Positions 19,241 through 27,936 of a stretch of DNA of 64,000 bases are shown here, in pieces. The notes below the pieces were generated by a model that did no database searches, was not told where the DNA came from, and saw only the letters and a program-made list of their open reading frames with translations. The translations under genes were made by a program, and so were the position numbers. The stretch is from an uncultured Verrucomicrobiae bacterium (GTDB lineage Bacteria; Verrucomicrobiota; Verrucomicrobiia; Limisphaerales; Palsa-1400): the NCBI GenBank assembly GCA_963707025.1, contig CAVPOM010000009.1, positions 320,085 to 384,084 on the forward strand, read 5' to 3'. Position 1 is the first letter of the stretch. Each line of letters opens with the position of its first letter.

Positions 19241-19612
19241 CTAGCCATTTTCTTTAGGCTCCCACAACTCGATGGGATTCCCTTCCGGATCATGTAATCG
19301 GGCGAACCGGCCGTTGGGGTGGATTTCGGGATCCACGGCGACCTCGATGCCCGCAGCACGGAGCTGTGCCGCCATGGCCTCCAGGTCCCTCACGCGAAAG
19401 TTCATCATCCAGCTCTGCTTCTTCTTCCCGAAGTAATCGGTATCCCTGGGGAACGCGGCCAATACGGTCGGGCCCGCTTCCTGGCGCCAGGGTGGCTGAT
19501 GGTAGTCCGACGGTGCGGGATCAACTCCGAGGTTTTCCTGATACCACCGGCCCATTGCCAGGGGATCCTTCGCCCGGAAGAAGATGCCTCCGATGCCGGT
19601 GACTCGCTCCAT
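19241..19612 (-). CDS. VOC (glyoxalase/bleomycin-resistance) family protein
   Basis: 123 aa. IGGIFFRAKDP...FRVRDLEAMAAQLRAAGIEV...ARLHDPEGNPIELWEP is the typical VOC fold signature. Confidence 0.8.
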   Translation of the reverse strand: MERVTGIGGIFFRAKDPLAMGRWYQENLGVDPAPSDYHQPPWRQEAGPTVLAAFPRDTDYFGKKKQSWMMNFRVRDLEAMAAQLRAAGIEVAVDPEIHPNGRFARLHDPEGNPIELWEPKENG

Positions 19613-19653
19613 ATTCAGTCCTCAGCTAAAAACCAATTGTGTCAAACACACAT

Positions 19654-20517
19654 TTAAAGCCGGTATTTTGAACCGCCACATTTCGGGGGAGGCTCGATGC
19701 GCGGCGGAATGGGAACACGCCGGCGCAGTTCCACCGGAGGCGGGACCGGGGGCGGAGGGGGTGCTTTCGGCGGTGGCGGCGGCAGAGAGGCCGCTGTCTT
19801 TATTTCTGAAACCCACTGGCTGGCCCGGCTGGTCGTCTCCCCGATCTTTTCCGCGGCCATTTTCAATCCGCCGCTCAATTCGGCGCTGGCCCGGGTCAGC
19901 AGTTCCTCCGCCGCCGCACCGATGGAGGGCATGGGCGGCGACGCCGGGGTCGGCACGGAGGCACGGTCCAGTGCGTCGTAGCCATTGACAATCCAATCCA
20001 GCTTGCCGGTGGCCGTGTCCACCATCAGCCCATGCACCGGAATTTTCGGTCCAATGAGCGGGCTGCGGCGCGCAAAATCCACGCCGCGGATGACGTTCTG
20101 CTGTTCGCTGGCAAACACCCCGAAGTAATCCGTCAAGTTTTCCGGCAAGACATGCCGCTCAATGCCCAACGCCTTGAAACGGTCAATCAACTGGCTGATC
20201 GTGGTCTCGCGGACTTTGCAGTCGGTATGGCCGATGATGGCGATTTCGCGTCCGCCCTTCAGCGCGCAAGCCAGGGCCATGGAGCGCATCGTGCTGCTCA
20301 AGGGGCTGGTGATGATGTTGCCGGCATTGCGCAGCCAGATGAAATACTCTTCCGGCAGGCCGAGGACTCCGGGAAAGAAGCGGTTCAGGCGCACGTCAAT
20401 GCAGGTCAGCGCGACCACCGGCAGTTCCGCGGCGAAATCGGCGACGTGGACGCCGGCCCGGTTGTCGCCGGCGACGGCGCGATGATTGGCATCGAGAATG
20501 GCATCAAACAAGCGCAT
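19654..20517 (-). CDS. Beta-class carbonic anhydrase-like protein with a proline-rich C-terminal extension
   Basis: Zinc-ligand motifs CxDxR (TCIDVRL) and HxxC (GHTDCKV). The last ~100 aa are low complexity (PPPPPKAPPPPPVPPPV). Confidence 0.75.
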   Translation of the reverse strand: MRLFDAILDANHRAVAGDNRAGVHVADFAAELPVVALTCIDVRLNRFFPGVLGLPEEYFIWLRNAGNIITSPLSSTMRSMALACALKGGREIAIIGHTDCKVRETTISQLIDRFKALGIERHVLPENLTDYFGVFASEQQNVIRGVDFARRSPLIGPKIPVHGLMVDTATGKLDWIVNGYDALDRASVPTPASPPMPSIGAAAEELLTRASAELSGGLKMAAEKIGETTSRASQWVSEIKTAASLPPPPPKAPPPPPVPPPVELRRRVPIPPRIEPPPKCGGSKYRL

Positions 20518-20535
20518 ATTTACTTTGGGTTAAGT

Positions 20536-20931
20536 TTATTCTGAAGAGCTGTTGCGACCGCTCAGAGTCTTAAATAATCGTTGAGTGAGCTTCAAATGCT
20601 CTCGCAATGAGTCCAACTCAACTGGTTGGTCGGAAAAGCCGGGATAGCGGTCGGCGATATAGCCACTAGTGAGGACGGAGGCCGTTTCGCAGTACCAACC
20701 AAGATCAAGGGCGCGTTCCTCAAGTTCCTGAATCAATTCCGTCAGATCATGCGTCTTGCGCAGATTCCAACCCAGTTGGATTAACTTGCCCTTGCAAGCT
20801 TTCTCGGCGGTTTGTTGCAAATGGAACAGGCAATCTTCGGCATCACCTTCGGCTATTCGTTTGACGGCGCGATCAAGATCCTTCGCGGCGAAATCAAACC
20901 AGACCTGAGGATCACGAGGATTGGCGGGCAT
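20536..20931 (-). CDS. HEPN domain toxin of a HEPN/MNT module
   Basis: 131 aa with an RxxxxH motif (RKTHDL) in a helical protein. It overlaps the upstream MNT gene by 20 nt. Confidence 0.8.
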   Translation of the reverse strand: MPANPRDPQVWFDFAAKDLDRAVKRIAEGDAEDCLFHLQQTAEKACKGKLIQLGWNLRKTHDLTELIQELEERALDLGWYCETASVLTSGYIADRYPGFSDQPVELDSLREHLKLTQRLFKTLSGRNSSSE

Positions 20932-21286
20932 AGATTTTAACCCCGCTTCGCGCGATTTCGCCGTAAAGGCCAAACGGATGCGCTTGCTCGTAGGCCCACT
21001 GGCTTTTGGTGATGGCAATGACATCCAATGGCGGACGATGGCGAACCTTTGCCGCGGTCTTGAATGACGCCAAATTCGGACGATCCAATCCGTGCCCATC
21101 GGCCAGCACCACCAGCAAGTCCAGATCGCTGTTGTCCGTCGCTTTGCCGTCCGCCCGGGAGCCAAAAACCCAAACCTCTTCCACAGGCAGCGCATTGACC
21201 AGGGCGGCAACACATCTCGGCAAGACATCACCGGCTCTCTCACCGTGAACGACGGGCAAATCAATGACTTCTACACAGGCTTTCAT
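20912..21286 (-). CDS. Minimal nucleotidyltransferase (MNT) antitoxin
   Basis: VWVFGSRADGKATDNSDLDLLVV is the GS...D.D polymerase-beta-type NTase motif. Confidence 0.8.
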   Translation of the reverse strand: MKACVEVIDLPVVHGERAGDVLPRCVAALVNALPVEEVWVFGSRADGKATDNSDLDLLVVLADGHGLDRPNLASFKTAAKVRHRPPLDVIAITKSQWAYEQAHPFGLYGEIARSGVKIYARQSS

Positions 21287-21339
21287 GGACCACTTTCAAT
21301 ATAGTTGATCGCGGCGGAATTTGCCAGCAACTACGCCTC

Positions 21340-21417
21340 TCATTTGGACGGCGGCGCTTTTGTCCTCCGCGCGACCGCACGATGATTGGCATCAAGCATG
21401 GCATCGAAGAGGCGCAT
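21340..21417 (-). pseudogene. 5' fragment of a second beta-carbonic anhydrase gene
   Basis: It encodes MRLFDAMLDANHRAVA, compared with MRLFDAILDANHRAVAG in the intact gene. Positions 21371-21417 are 40/47 identical to 20471-20517. Confidence 0.5.
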
Positions 21418-21503
21418 GAAAATATTTGATGGCGTTTTTGTACGGTGCCACGGCGTTCAAATAATTTTGGCTCCAGGCTTGGATGCTCTTGCCGCAAGCA
21501 GGA

Positions 21504-21722
21504 TCAACCGGGATAAAAGTTGCTTCTTTTGGGATGGCCGATGGCGTGGTAAAGCAGCGCGCCGATGAAGTGCAGGAAGACCATGACCAGCACCCAGCAA
21601 ATGCTCTCGGTGTCGCTGAGCCCCTTGTTTTGAATGGCGGAAACGAGCATCCAAATCCAGAACGCCGTAGCCAACAACGCCAGCGGGATGATGAAAAGCA
21701 AGAGGAGTAGAGGCTGAGACAT
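21504..21722 (-). CDS. PLDc_N-type small membrane protein
   Basis: 72 aa with two TM helices and the W...I....K..W.LV..FL..IGALLY pattern of the PLD N-terminal domain family. It is the last gene of the NfeD-flotillin operon. Confidence 0.6.
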   Translation of the reverse strand: MSQPLLLLLFIIPLALLATAFWIWMLVSAIQNKGLSDTESICWVLVMVFLHFIGALLYHAIGHPKRSNFYPG

Positions 21723-21739
21723 ATTTTGTCCTTTTTGGT

Positions 21740-23276
21740 TTACTTGTTCTCTTCCTTGCCCCGGCCCATCGCGTTTTTCAGCGCGGGCACCTGTTCGAGC
21801 AGCTTTTCAAATTTGATGCCTGTCAGGCTCTCGATCACCGGCGGCAACTGGGCGATGATCTGGGTGATGTCGCCGGTCAGTTTGCTGGCCCCGCCGCCGG
21901 CGCCGCCGCCGCTGTTGATGATGACGATCTTCTCGGTCTTGGCCAGCGGCTCGCTGACTTTGCCCGCCACTTCGGGCAGGATGCGCACGATCATTTCGAT
22001 GACCGCCGCCTCGTTATATTGCTTGAAGGAATCGGCTTTGAGCTTCATGGCTTCGGCGGTGGCGCTCCTTGCGCCTCGATGATGGCCGCCTCGGCCAGGC
22101 CGCGCGCCTTGTTGGCATCGGCCTCGGCCAAGCCGGTCGCCTTGACCACGTCGGCGGCGGCAAAGCCCTTGGCCTTGGCCGCGGTGGCCGCGCCCGCCGC
22201 CTCGGTTTCGAGTTGGAATTTGCGTGGCGTTGGCCAGGGTTTCCACGCGGTAACGCTCGGCGTCGGCCGGTTTTTGCACGTTGGCTTCCAGCTCGCGCTG
22301 CCTGCGCTGGATTTCCTGCTGTTGCAACTCGATTTGCTTCTGCTTCTCAATGATGCTGACCTGGACCTCCTCGGCCTTGACCAGTTGGCCGGTCTTGAAC
22401 TTCTGCAAATCGTAAGCCAGGTCGGCTTCGGCTTTCTTCTGATTGACTGCGGCCTGATAGACTGCGACGTTGCATTGATAATCCCGCTGCGCCTCGGCAA
22501 TCTTGGTGTCGGCGAGCGAACTTGGCTTCCTGCCCGGCCTGGGTCGCCTGCGAGGACCGGATCATGGCGTCCCGGTCGGCTTCGGCCTGGGCGATGTCGG
22601 CGTCGCGTTTGACCTGGGCGATGCGCGGCTTGCCCAAGGCATCCAGATAACCCTGCGTGTCGCGAATATCGCGGATGGTGAAGCTGACAATGCCCAGCCC
22701 CATGTTGGCCATGTCGCCGGCGGCCACTTCCTGTACCTTGGAGGCGAAGGCGTCTCGGTTCTGGTAAATATCCTCCACCGTCATCGTGCCCAGAATGGCC
22801 CGCAAGTGGCCTTCCAGGGTCTGGGTGGCGACATTCTTGATCTCGTCGATCGTCTTGCTCAGCAACTGCTCGGCGGCGGTGGCGATGGAAATGTCGTCGC
22901 CTTTGATCTTGATCTGGGCCACCCCATCCACCTTGACCGGCACGCCTTTGCTGGTATAAACCTCCGGCGTCTGCACATCTATGGTCAGCAACTCCAGCGA
23001 CAGCCGGTCCACTTTCTCCAGCACCGGGATGACGAAGGTGCCGCCGCCCTTGACAATGCGGAAGCCCCGGTCGCGCATCGTGCCGTCCGGGTCGGCGTAG
23101 CGATGTTTGCGCCCGGAAACGATCAGCACCTCGTTGGGGCCCACCTTGGTGTAGCGGCTGGCCCAAATGGCGGCAAAGACGAAAATGACAACGACTATTC
23201 CGACCGCCGCCATCACGCCTTTCGGACCGAGGCCGAGAATGTTGAGTTGTCCGAGCAGGAGCGAATTTGTAAGCAT
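21740..23276 (-). pseudogene. Flotillin (SPFH/band-7, YqiK-like), three frameshifts
   Basis: The N-terminal SPFH domain is intact (YTKVGPNEVLIVSG...VPVKVDGVAQIKI). The coiled-coil flotillin repeats continue across frames (ADTKIAEAQRDYQ..., KFQLETEAAGAATAAKAKGFAAADV..., ATAEAMKLKADSFKQYNEAAV...). Shifts are near 22510, 22225 and 22065. Confidence 0.85.
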
Positions 23277-23307
23277 AGGTTTTTGGGAGTTTGGCCGAAG
23301 CCGTGGT

Positions 23308-23871
23308 TTAAAGGGGCGTGACGTAAAACTGCGTGCCGGTGATGCGGTTGATTTTGACCGTCTGCCCGCTCCCCACCGCGCAACCCGACTCGGTGCGCGC
23401 GGGCGCGGTGTAACGCGAACCGCCCTGCACATAGGCGATTTCCCCGACCCCCTGTTGCGGGATGGGCGAGATCACCGTGGCATCCTGGCCCACCAGCAGC
23501 CCGATGTGCCCCTCGCTGGTGCTTTGCGTCTTGTGAAAAATATAGCCGAAGACCCACAACACCGCTCCGGCGATAATCGCCCCGCCCAAAAGAGACAGCG
23601 GCATGCTGACCCAGACGCTGCGGGTGGCTTCGATGCTGGAGAAAATCATCCCGAAGCCGCCGAAAGCGGTGAGGAAGGAGCAAATCGTCGTCGGGCTGAA
23701 GGGCGACAACCCCGGCATGCCCGTATCGTTGAACCCGGCCTCGGCATGGCCACCCGTTCCGATTTCCGCGTGAGCGTCATGCCCTCCGCCCAACAGATGG
23801 CCGAACAACGCGCTGAAAATCGTGAACACCAGGCCCACAAAAAAACAAATTTCATAAACGATAGAGTCCAT
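23308..23871 (-). CDS. NfeD/YqiJ-like membrane protein
   Basis: N-terminal TM segments and a C-terminal OB-like NfeD domain (GEIAYVQGGSRYTAPAR...GQTVKINRITG). It is positioned upstream of the flotillin gene. Confidence 0.7.
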   Translation of the reverse strand: MDSIVYEICFFVGLVFTIFSALFGHLLGGGHDAHAEIGTGGHAEAGFNDTGMPGLSPFSPTTICSFLTAFGGFGMIFSSIEATRSVWVSMPLSLLGGAIIAGAVLWVFGYIFHKTQSTSEGHIGLLVGQDATVISPIPQQGVGEIAYVQGGSRYTAPARTESGCAVGSGQTVKINRITGTQFYVTPL

Positions 23872-24344
23872 AAGTTTTTCTCCAATTAGATCACGCGTTA
23901 TCTTGCGCGCCCTTATTATTAGCAGGTCCCTTTCCCGAAATCACCTACAAAATGACGCCCTGATTGTAGTCGTCCCAAACACCCCGCCGCCACCGGGCGC
24001 AGTCCGCCGCCACCCCATCCGCAACGGCCTGTCCGGCGCGCCGAAGCGCCTGGGGGACAAGCCCTTCCGCAACCATTCCCAGTCCCCCGCTGTTTTCAGT
24101 GGAATGAAAAGCGACGTTTGGTGCGTCATCATGGCTTTTGCCAATCCCGACGGGATTGAAGCTTTCGCCCAGGGTTGCGAGTTGCGAAGCCAGGCCACTC
24201 CGGCCAAGAATACAGGGAATCAGGAACCGGAAAGGGTTGAATTTCCAGCGCGGCAATGCTCCCCCTTAATACGTTTGTCGCCGCGGGTCAAAAACGGATC
24301 GGGGGTTCAGGCCGGTGGCCGCGGCCTCCGCGGAAACGGAGCCA

Positions 24345-24878
24345 TCAGGGCGCCCTGCTGGCAAACAAATTCTCCGCCAGCTCCGCCTCCTGCGCCTGGG
24401 CTTCCGCCATCATTTGCCTTGCCTCCGCGTCGTCCCGGTCGCGCCGCAGAACCAGGCGGCACGCGTTCTGCGCCGCCTCGTGCTGTCCGGCGTCCAGGTG
24501 AATTCTGGCCAGGATTTTCAAAGCGGTCGCTTCGGTTGGATCAAGCGCGATGGCGCGGAGGGCCGCGTGGGCCGCCTCGGCGGTGCGTCCCAGCTTTTGG
24601 CAGGCCAGGGCCAGGCTGGAATGCGCCGCGGCCGATTTTGGCAGGAGGCGTGCCGCGCTCGTATAAGCCACCCGCGCCGTCCCGAAATTCCCCAGACCCA
24701 TCTCCACATGCCCAAGGGCCAGCGGCACTTCCCCGTTGTCCGGCGCCTGTTGCATGGCCTGGGCCAGCCGCTCGCGCGCTTCGGCGATGTGCTCGCATCG
24801 CCAGGCCTCGTACGGCTCGGCGGCGCCTTCGGATTCCACCCCGTTTTCCGCCCGGTTGGCGGTGGCGAAAGCCTTCAT
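24345..24878 (-). CDS. TPR repeat protein
   Basis: Repeated A..Y..A...P..A.A...LA pattern. Its start overlaps the stop of the upstream ORF (ATGA). It is the last gene of the fliW-csrA unit. Confidence 0.65.
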   Translation of the reverse strand: MKAFATANRAENGVESEGAAEPYEAWRCEHIAEARERLAQAMQQAPDNGEVPLALGHVEMGLGNFGTARVAYTSAARLLPKSAAAHSSLALACQKLGRTAEAAHAALRAIALDPTEATALKILARIHLDAGQHEAAQNACRLVLRRDRDDAEARQMMAEAQAQEAELAENLFASRAP

Positions 24879-25183
24879 ATTTGCAGCAGGTTGAAGACGG
24901 ACTCCGGGCTTAGATTGGCCTGCGCCGCCAGAGCGGGCGCGGACTGGGAAGGAAGGTTGGCGCGGATGAACTCGGTGACTTGATCGGCGCCGGCCGCGTC
25001 GCTGATTGTCGCAACTCCCGGCTCATCCAAAGGAACCAGTCCCTGCAGCCGCCCGAACGACGGATCGGCGCCGGAGGTTTTGGGGGCGGCGATGGCGGCG
25101 GGCGCGGGCGAAGAATCGGCGGCCCGGCCGTTCCGCAAATCCGGGGCGGTCGAGTCGGGCGAAAGACTGGTGTTGATGAACAT
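24875..25183 (-). CDS. Hypothetical 102-aa Ala/Pro/Ser-rich protein in the fliW-csrA operon
   Basis: Tight spacing (5 nt after csrA, and an ATGA overlap with the TPR gene). No family was recognised. Confidence 0.4.
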   Translation of the reverse strand: MFINTSLSPDSTAPDLRNGRAADSSPAPAAIAAPKTSGADPSFGRLQGLVPLDEPGVATISDAAGADQVTEFIRANLPSQSAPALAAQANLSPESVFNLLQI

Positions 25184-25187
25184 GGAA

Positions 25188-25454
25188 TTACTGGCCCAGC
25201 AAAGCTGGGGCCGGTTTGGATGCTGCGGACGCCGGTGGTTTGGCCAGGAAACGGGAAAGTGGCGGGCGGTTGTCCCTCAACGCTTCCTTGTTATTGCGTT
25301 GGATTTCATCATAGACCTCCTGGCGATGCACCGGCACCTCCCGCGCCGCCTCAATGCCGACTTTGACCATGTCGCCCTCCAGCCGCACAATCTTCACGAC
25401 GATGCGGCCGTCAATTACGATGCTTTCGCCCGGTTTGCGAGATAGAATGAGCAT
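25188..25454 (-). CDS. csrA: Carbon storage regulator CsrA
   Basis: MLILSRKPGESIVIDGRIVVKIVRLEGDMVKVGIEAAREVPVHRQEVY is the canonical CsrA sequence, here with an extended C-terminal tail. Confidence 0.92.
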   Translation of the reverse strand: MLILSRKPGESIVIDGRIVVKIVRLEGDMVKVGIEAAREVPVHRQEVYDEIQRNNKEALRDNRPPLSRFLAKPPASAASKPAPALLGQ

Positions 25455-25473
25455 AACATTGCGCCCGGAAACT

Positions 25474-25902
25474 TCACGAGGCGGCCAGTGGATGGTGCAG
25501 CGAGTATTTGGCCGCGTTATTCAGAATCACCTGCTTGCCGATAAGCGTGCGCCGGTTGATCACCACCGGGCCTTTCAAATTCACCGTCGCCTTGCCGTTG
25601 CCGCGCAAGGTCACGATGTTGAGCAAAAAAGCGTCGGATGGATCGGTCAGTCCCAGAAAATCAACCTCCTCATCGCTGATGTCCGGCTGATAATCGGCCA
25701 CCAGGTGGGAGGGTGGCGCGACCAGAAACGCCCGCTTGGTGTCGTCCAGCATCTGGAACCACATGAACGGCTCCTCTGCCGGGTTGGCCAAAAGAACATA
25801 CTCTTTGACATGCTCAAAGCCCAACAATCCGAACGGCAGCCGGATCGTCTCTCTTCCTTCACTTTGGCGTGTCTTTGGTTCGGTTAATTCTACAGTGATC
25901 AT
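25474..25902 (-). CDS. fliW: Flagellar assembly factor FliW
   Basis: The signature FGLLGFEHVKEYVLL...PFMWFQ...FLV..P, and adjacency to csrA. Confidence 0.9.
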   Translation of the reverse strand: MITVELTEPKTRQSEGRETIRLPFGLLGFEHVKEYVLLANPAEEPFMWFQMLDDTKRAFLVAPPSHLVADYQPDISDEEVDFLGLTDPSDAFLLNIVTLRGNGKATVNLKGPVVINRRTLIGKQVILNNAAKYSLHHPLAAS

Positions 25903-26324
25903 GTTCGTGTATAATCGTTGTGTTCATAGAGCAAAGGGTATGCCACACCTGTCACCGGGCCGAAAATGAGTCAAAAAGTCCCAAAACAGATGAAAAGAGC
26001 GCTCCGGGCCGGTTTCTCGGCCATAATCGGTCGGCAATGGGCAAAAACAGCTTGGCCCAAGCCAATCCAACCGGCCATATTTTCCTCCCCTTTTCTCCCC
26101 TTGCGCCGCTGGTACCGCCATCGGATGACCCTCTTTCTCGATGCGCCCGAGCTTCTCCTGGCGCGCCCATCGGAGATCAAATTCGCCTGGCAGGTCCAAC
26201 CAGGAATTTATAATCACACGCCAAGAAAATGCCGATGGAGTTAATGTATTCGAGTTTTATATTGCACTTAGATTTATGCTGTATGCTGCCCTTTTTGGCG
26301 CGTTGACTCAAAGCCGCTGAAGCC

Positions 26325-26846
26325 ATGGATTTGCCAAACCCAGCGGAATTTCTCCTGCCAGTCCGGGCCGGCCCGGCGGACTTTGCCGTCAGCCGCGATC
26401 CGCAAGCCGTGTTGTCCGCCGGGCCCCTGGGCGCGGGGTTGGGCGTCTGCTTTTACGACCCGCTGGCCAGGGCCGGCGGGTTGCTGCACGCCCTGCTGCC
26501 GGATTCGCGGCTGGATCCATCCCGAGCCGCCCAACAGCCTGGAATGTTTGTTGACACCGGCCTGGCAGCCCTGCTCCAGAACGTGCAGAACCTGGGAGCC
26601 AGGGCCGAAAATCTTCTGGTCTGCGTCGCCGGCGGCGGGCGGATTCTGGAGGAAGAAGCTGATTTTGACATCGGGGGACAAAACTGCGCCGCCTTGGAGG
26701 CTTGGCTGGCCGGCCCGGGCCTGAAAATCCATGCCGCGGCCGTGGCGGGCCAGGCCAGCCGGATTTTGCGGCTCAACCTCGCCACAGGACAGGTCCGGGT
26801 CAGGCTGGCCGCCGGGGAGAAGGACATCATTTTATGCCAACCATAA
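26325..26846 (+). CDS. cheD: CheD-family chemoreceptor glutamine deamidase (copy 1)
   Basis: GLGVCFYDP...AGGLLHALLP...PGMFVDTG and a C-terminal LNLATGQVRV. It is a paralog of the second copy at 56358. Confidence 0.8.
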   Translation: MDLPNPAEFLLPVRAGPADFAVSRDPQAVLSAGPLGAGLGVCFYDPLARAGGLLHALLPDSRLDPSRAAQQPGMFVDTGLAALLQNVQNLGARAENLLVCVAGGGRILEEEADFDIGGQNCAALEAWLAGPGLKIHAAAVAGQASRILRLNLATGQVRVRLAAGEKDIILCQP

Positions 26847-27676
26847 ATCAGTACCTCAACCGCGCGCGCAATCTGCCGCCGGGCCGGGTGGTGCCGGACC
26901 TGCTGAAATTGCTCAAGCGCCCGAATCTGGACAGCAGCAGAATCGTCCATCTGCTGGCGCCCGACCCCATGCTGACGGCGCAGGTGCTGCGGATTTGCAA
27001 CAGCGCCTTTTACGGAGCGACGCCGACGGAAGATTTGTCGGAAGCGGTGACGCGGATTGGTTTTCAGGAGACCTATCGCGTCGTGGCGGCGACCAGCGGA
27101 GCGCGCCTGCTTGGCTCGGCGCTGGCGGGTTACGGCATGGGGCCGGGCGAACTTTGGCGGCACGGCTTTGTCGCGGCGACGGCGGCGCAAATCATCGCCC
27201 GCGAACTGGGCGAAGCGGAGAATCTGGTTTTCACCGCGGCGCTGATGCATGACGTGGGCAAAGTGATCCTGGCCCCGGCGCTGGAGGCGGCCGGCGCGAA
27301 CCTGTCTCAGGAAACCCCGGTCCCGATGACGCTGGTGGAAGCGGAGAGAAAATGGTTGGGCGTGGAGCACGCGGAGATGGGCGGCCGTTTGTTGGAACGC
27401 TGGAATTTCCCGCCGGAGATCGTTTCGGCGGTCTGGTTTCATCACGTCCCCAAAGGCGCGCGGTCGGATCGAAGGCTGGCGGCGCTGGTCTATGTAGGCA
27501 ACGTCATCGCCTGTCTGATGGGCCACACCCACGGCCACCTGGCCCTGGCCATGCGGGGGCGCAGCGAAGTATTTTCCATTCTTGGTCTTGCGCCCGAGAG
27601 CCTGCCCCGCTTCATGCTGGCCACTTTCGACCAATTGCAGACCCCGGACGCCCTATCCGCCCTGGCCGCCGTTTGA
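26834..27676 (+). CDS. HDOD domain protein (copy 1)
   Basis: LPPGRVVPDLLKLL...LLAPDPMLTAQVLRICNSAFYG...AVTRIGF...LMHDVGK. It overlaps the cheD 3' end by 13 nt. Confidence 0.8.
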   Translation: MPTINQYLNRARNLPPGRVVPDLLKLLKRPNLDSSRIVHLLAPDPMLTAQVLRICNSAFYGATPTEDLSEAVTRIGFQETYRVVAATSGARLLGSALAGYGMGPGELWRHGFVAATAAQIIARELGEAENLVFTAALMHDVGKVILAPALEAAGANLSQETPVPMTLVEAERKWLGVEHAEMGGRLLERWNFPPEIVSAVWFHHVPKGARSDRRLAALVYVGNVIACLMGHTHGHLALAMRGRSEVFSILGLAPESLPRFMLATFDQLQTPDALSALAAV

Positions 27677-27799
27677 GTCCCCGCGCATTTGCAGATGCCC
27701 ATCCGCCGTCAAAATCCATGGTGGCCACGCAATGAGGACCACCGCCCCAATGGTTTGCAGAAGAACTTCGCCGGAGCAATGCGTGACTCTTGAGGGTAG

Positions 27800-27827
27800 G
27801 GCGGTCCCCGGATTATCGGGACCCGCC
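27800..27827. terminator. GC-rich hairpin between the convergent HDOD and flgL genes
   Basis: GGCGGTCCCCG-gattat-CGGGACCCGCC, with 9 of 11 stem pairs. There is no U-run, so the terminator assignment is tentative. Confidence 0.3.
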
Positions 27828-27936
27828 ACTCGATGGTGGTGCGAGGTTGATTCTCCGGCCAGAGTCTGAGGACGCCACTTGCCTCGCGGCGCCTAAAAAC
27901 TGGCATGCGAACGGTGGCCCCTTTTACCACGGGCGG

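Noticed and set aside
23945-24256. 103-aa minus-strand ORF in the gap between the TPR gene and the NfeD gene.
   Set aside because: It has moderately gene-like composition, but no motif, no obvious ribosome-binding site and overlapping alternative ORFs. The evidence is insufficient.
24875-25183. Assignment of the 102-aa ORF as the anti-sigma-28 factor FlgM or as FlaG.
   Set aside because: Only size and context fit. The conserved C-terminal FlgM helix pattern was not recognisable.
26180-26240. Promoter calls upstream of cheD copy 1: a TATAAT at 26209-26214 and a sigma-28-like GCCGATGG at 26231-26238.
   Set aside because: No acceptable -35 element lies at the right spacing for either (CCTGGC at -35; TAAT with a 16-nt spacer). 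A search for sigma-54 GG-N10-GC elements in 37862-38852 also gave only partial matches.
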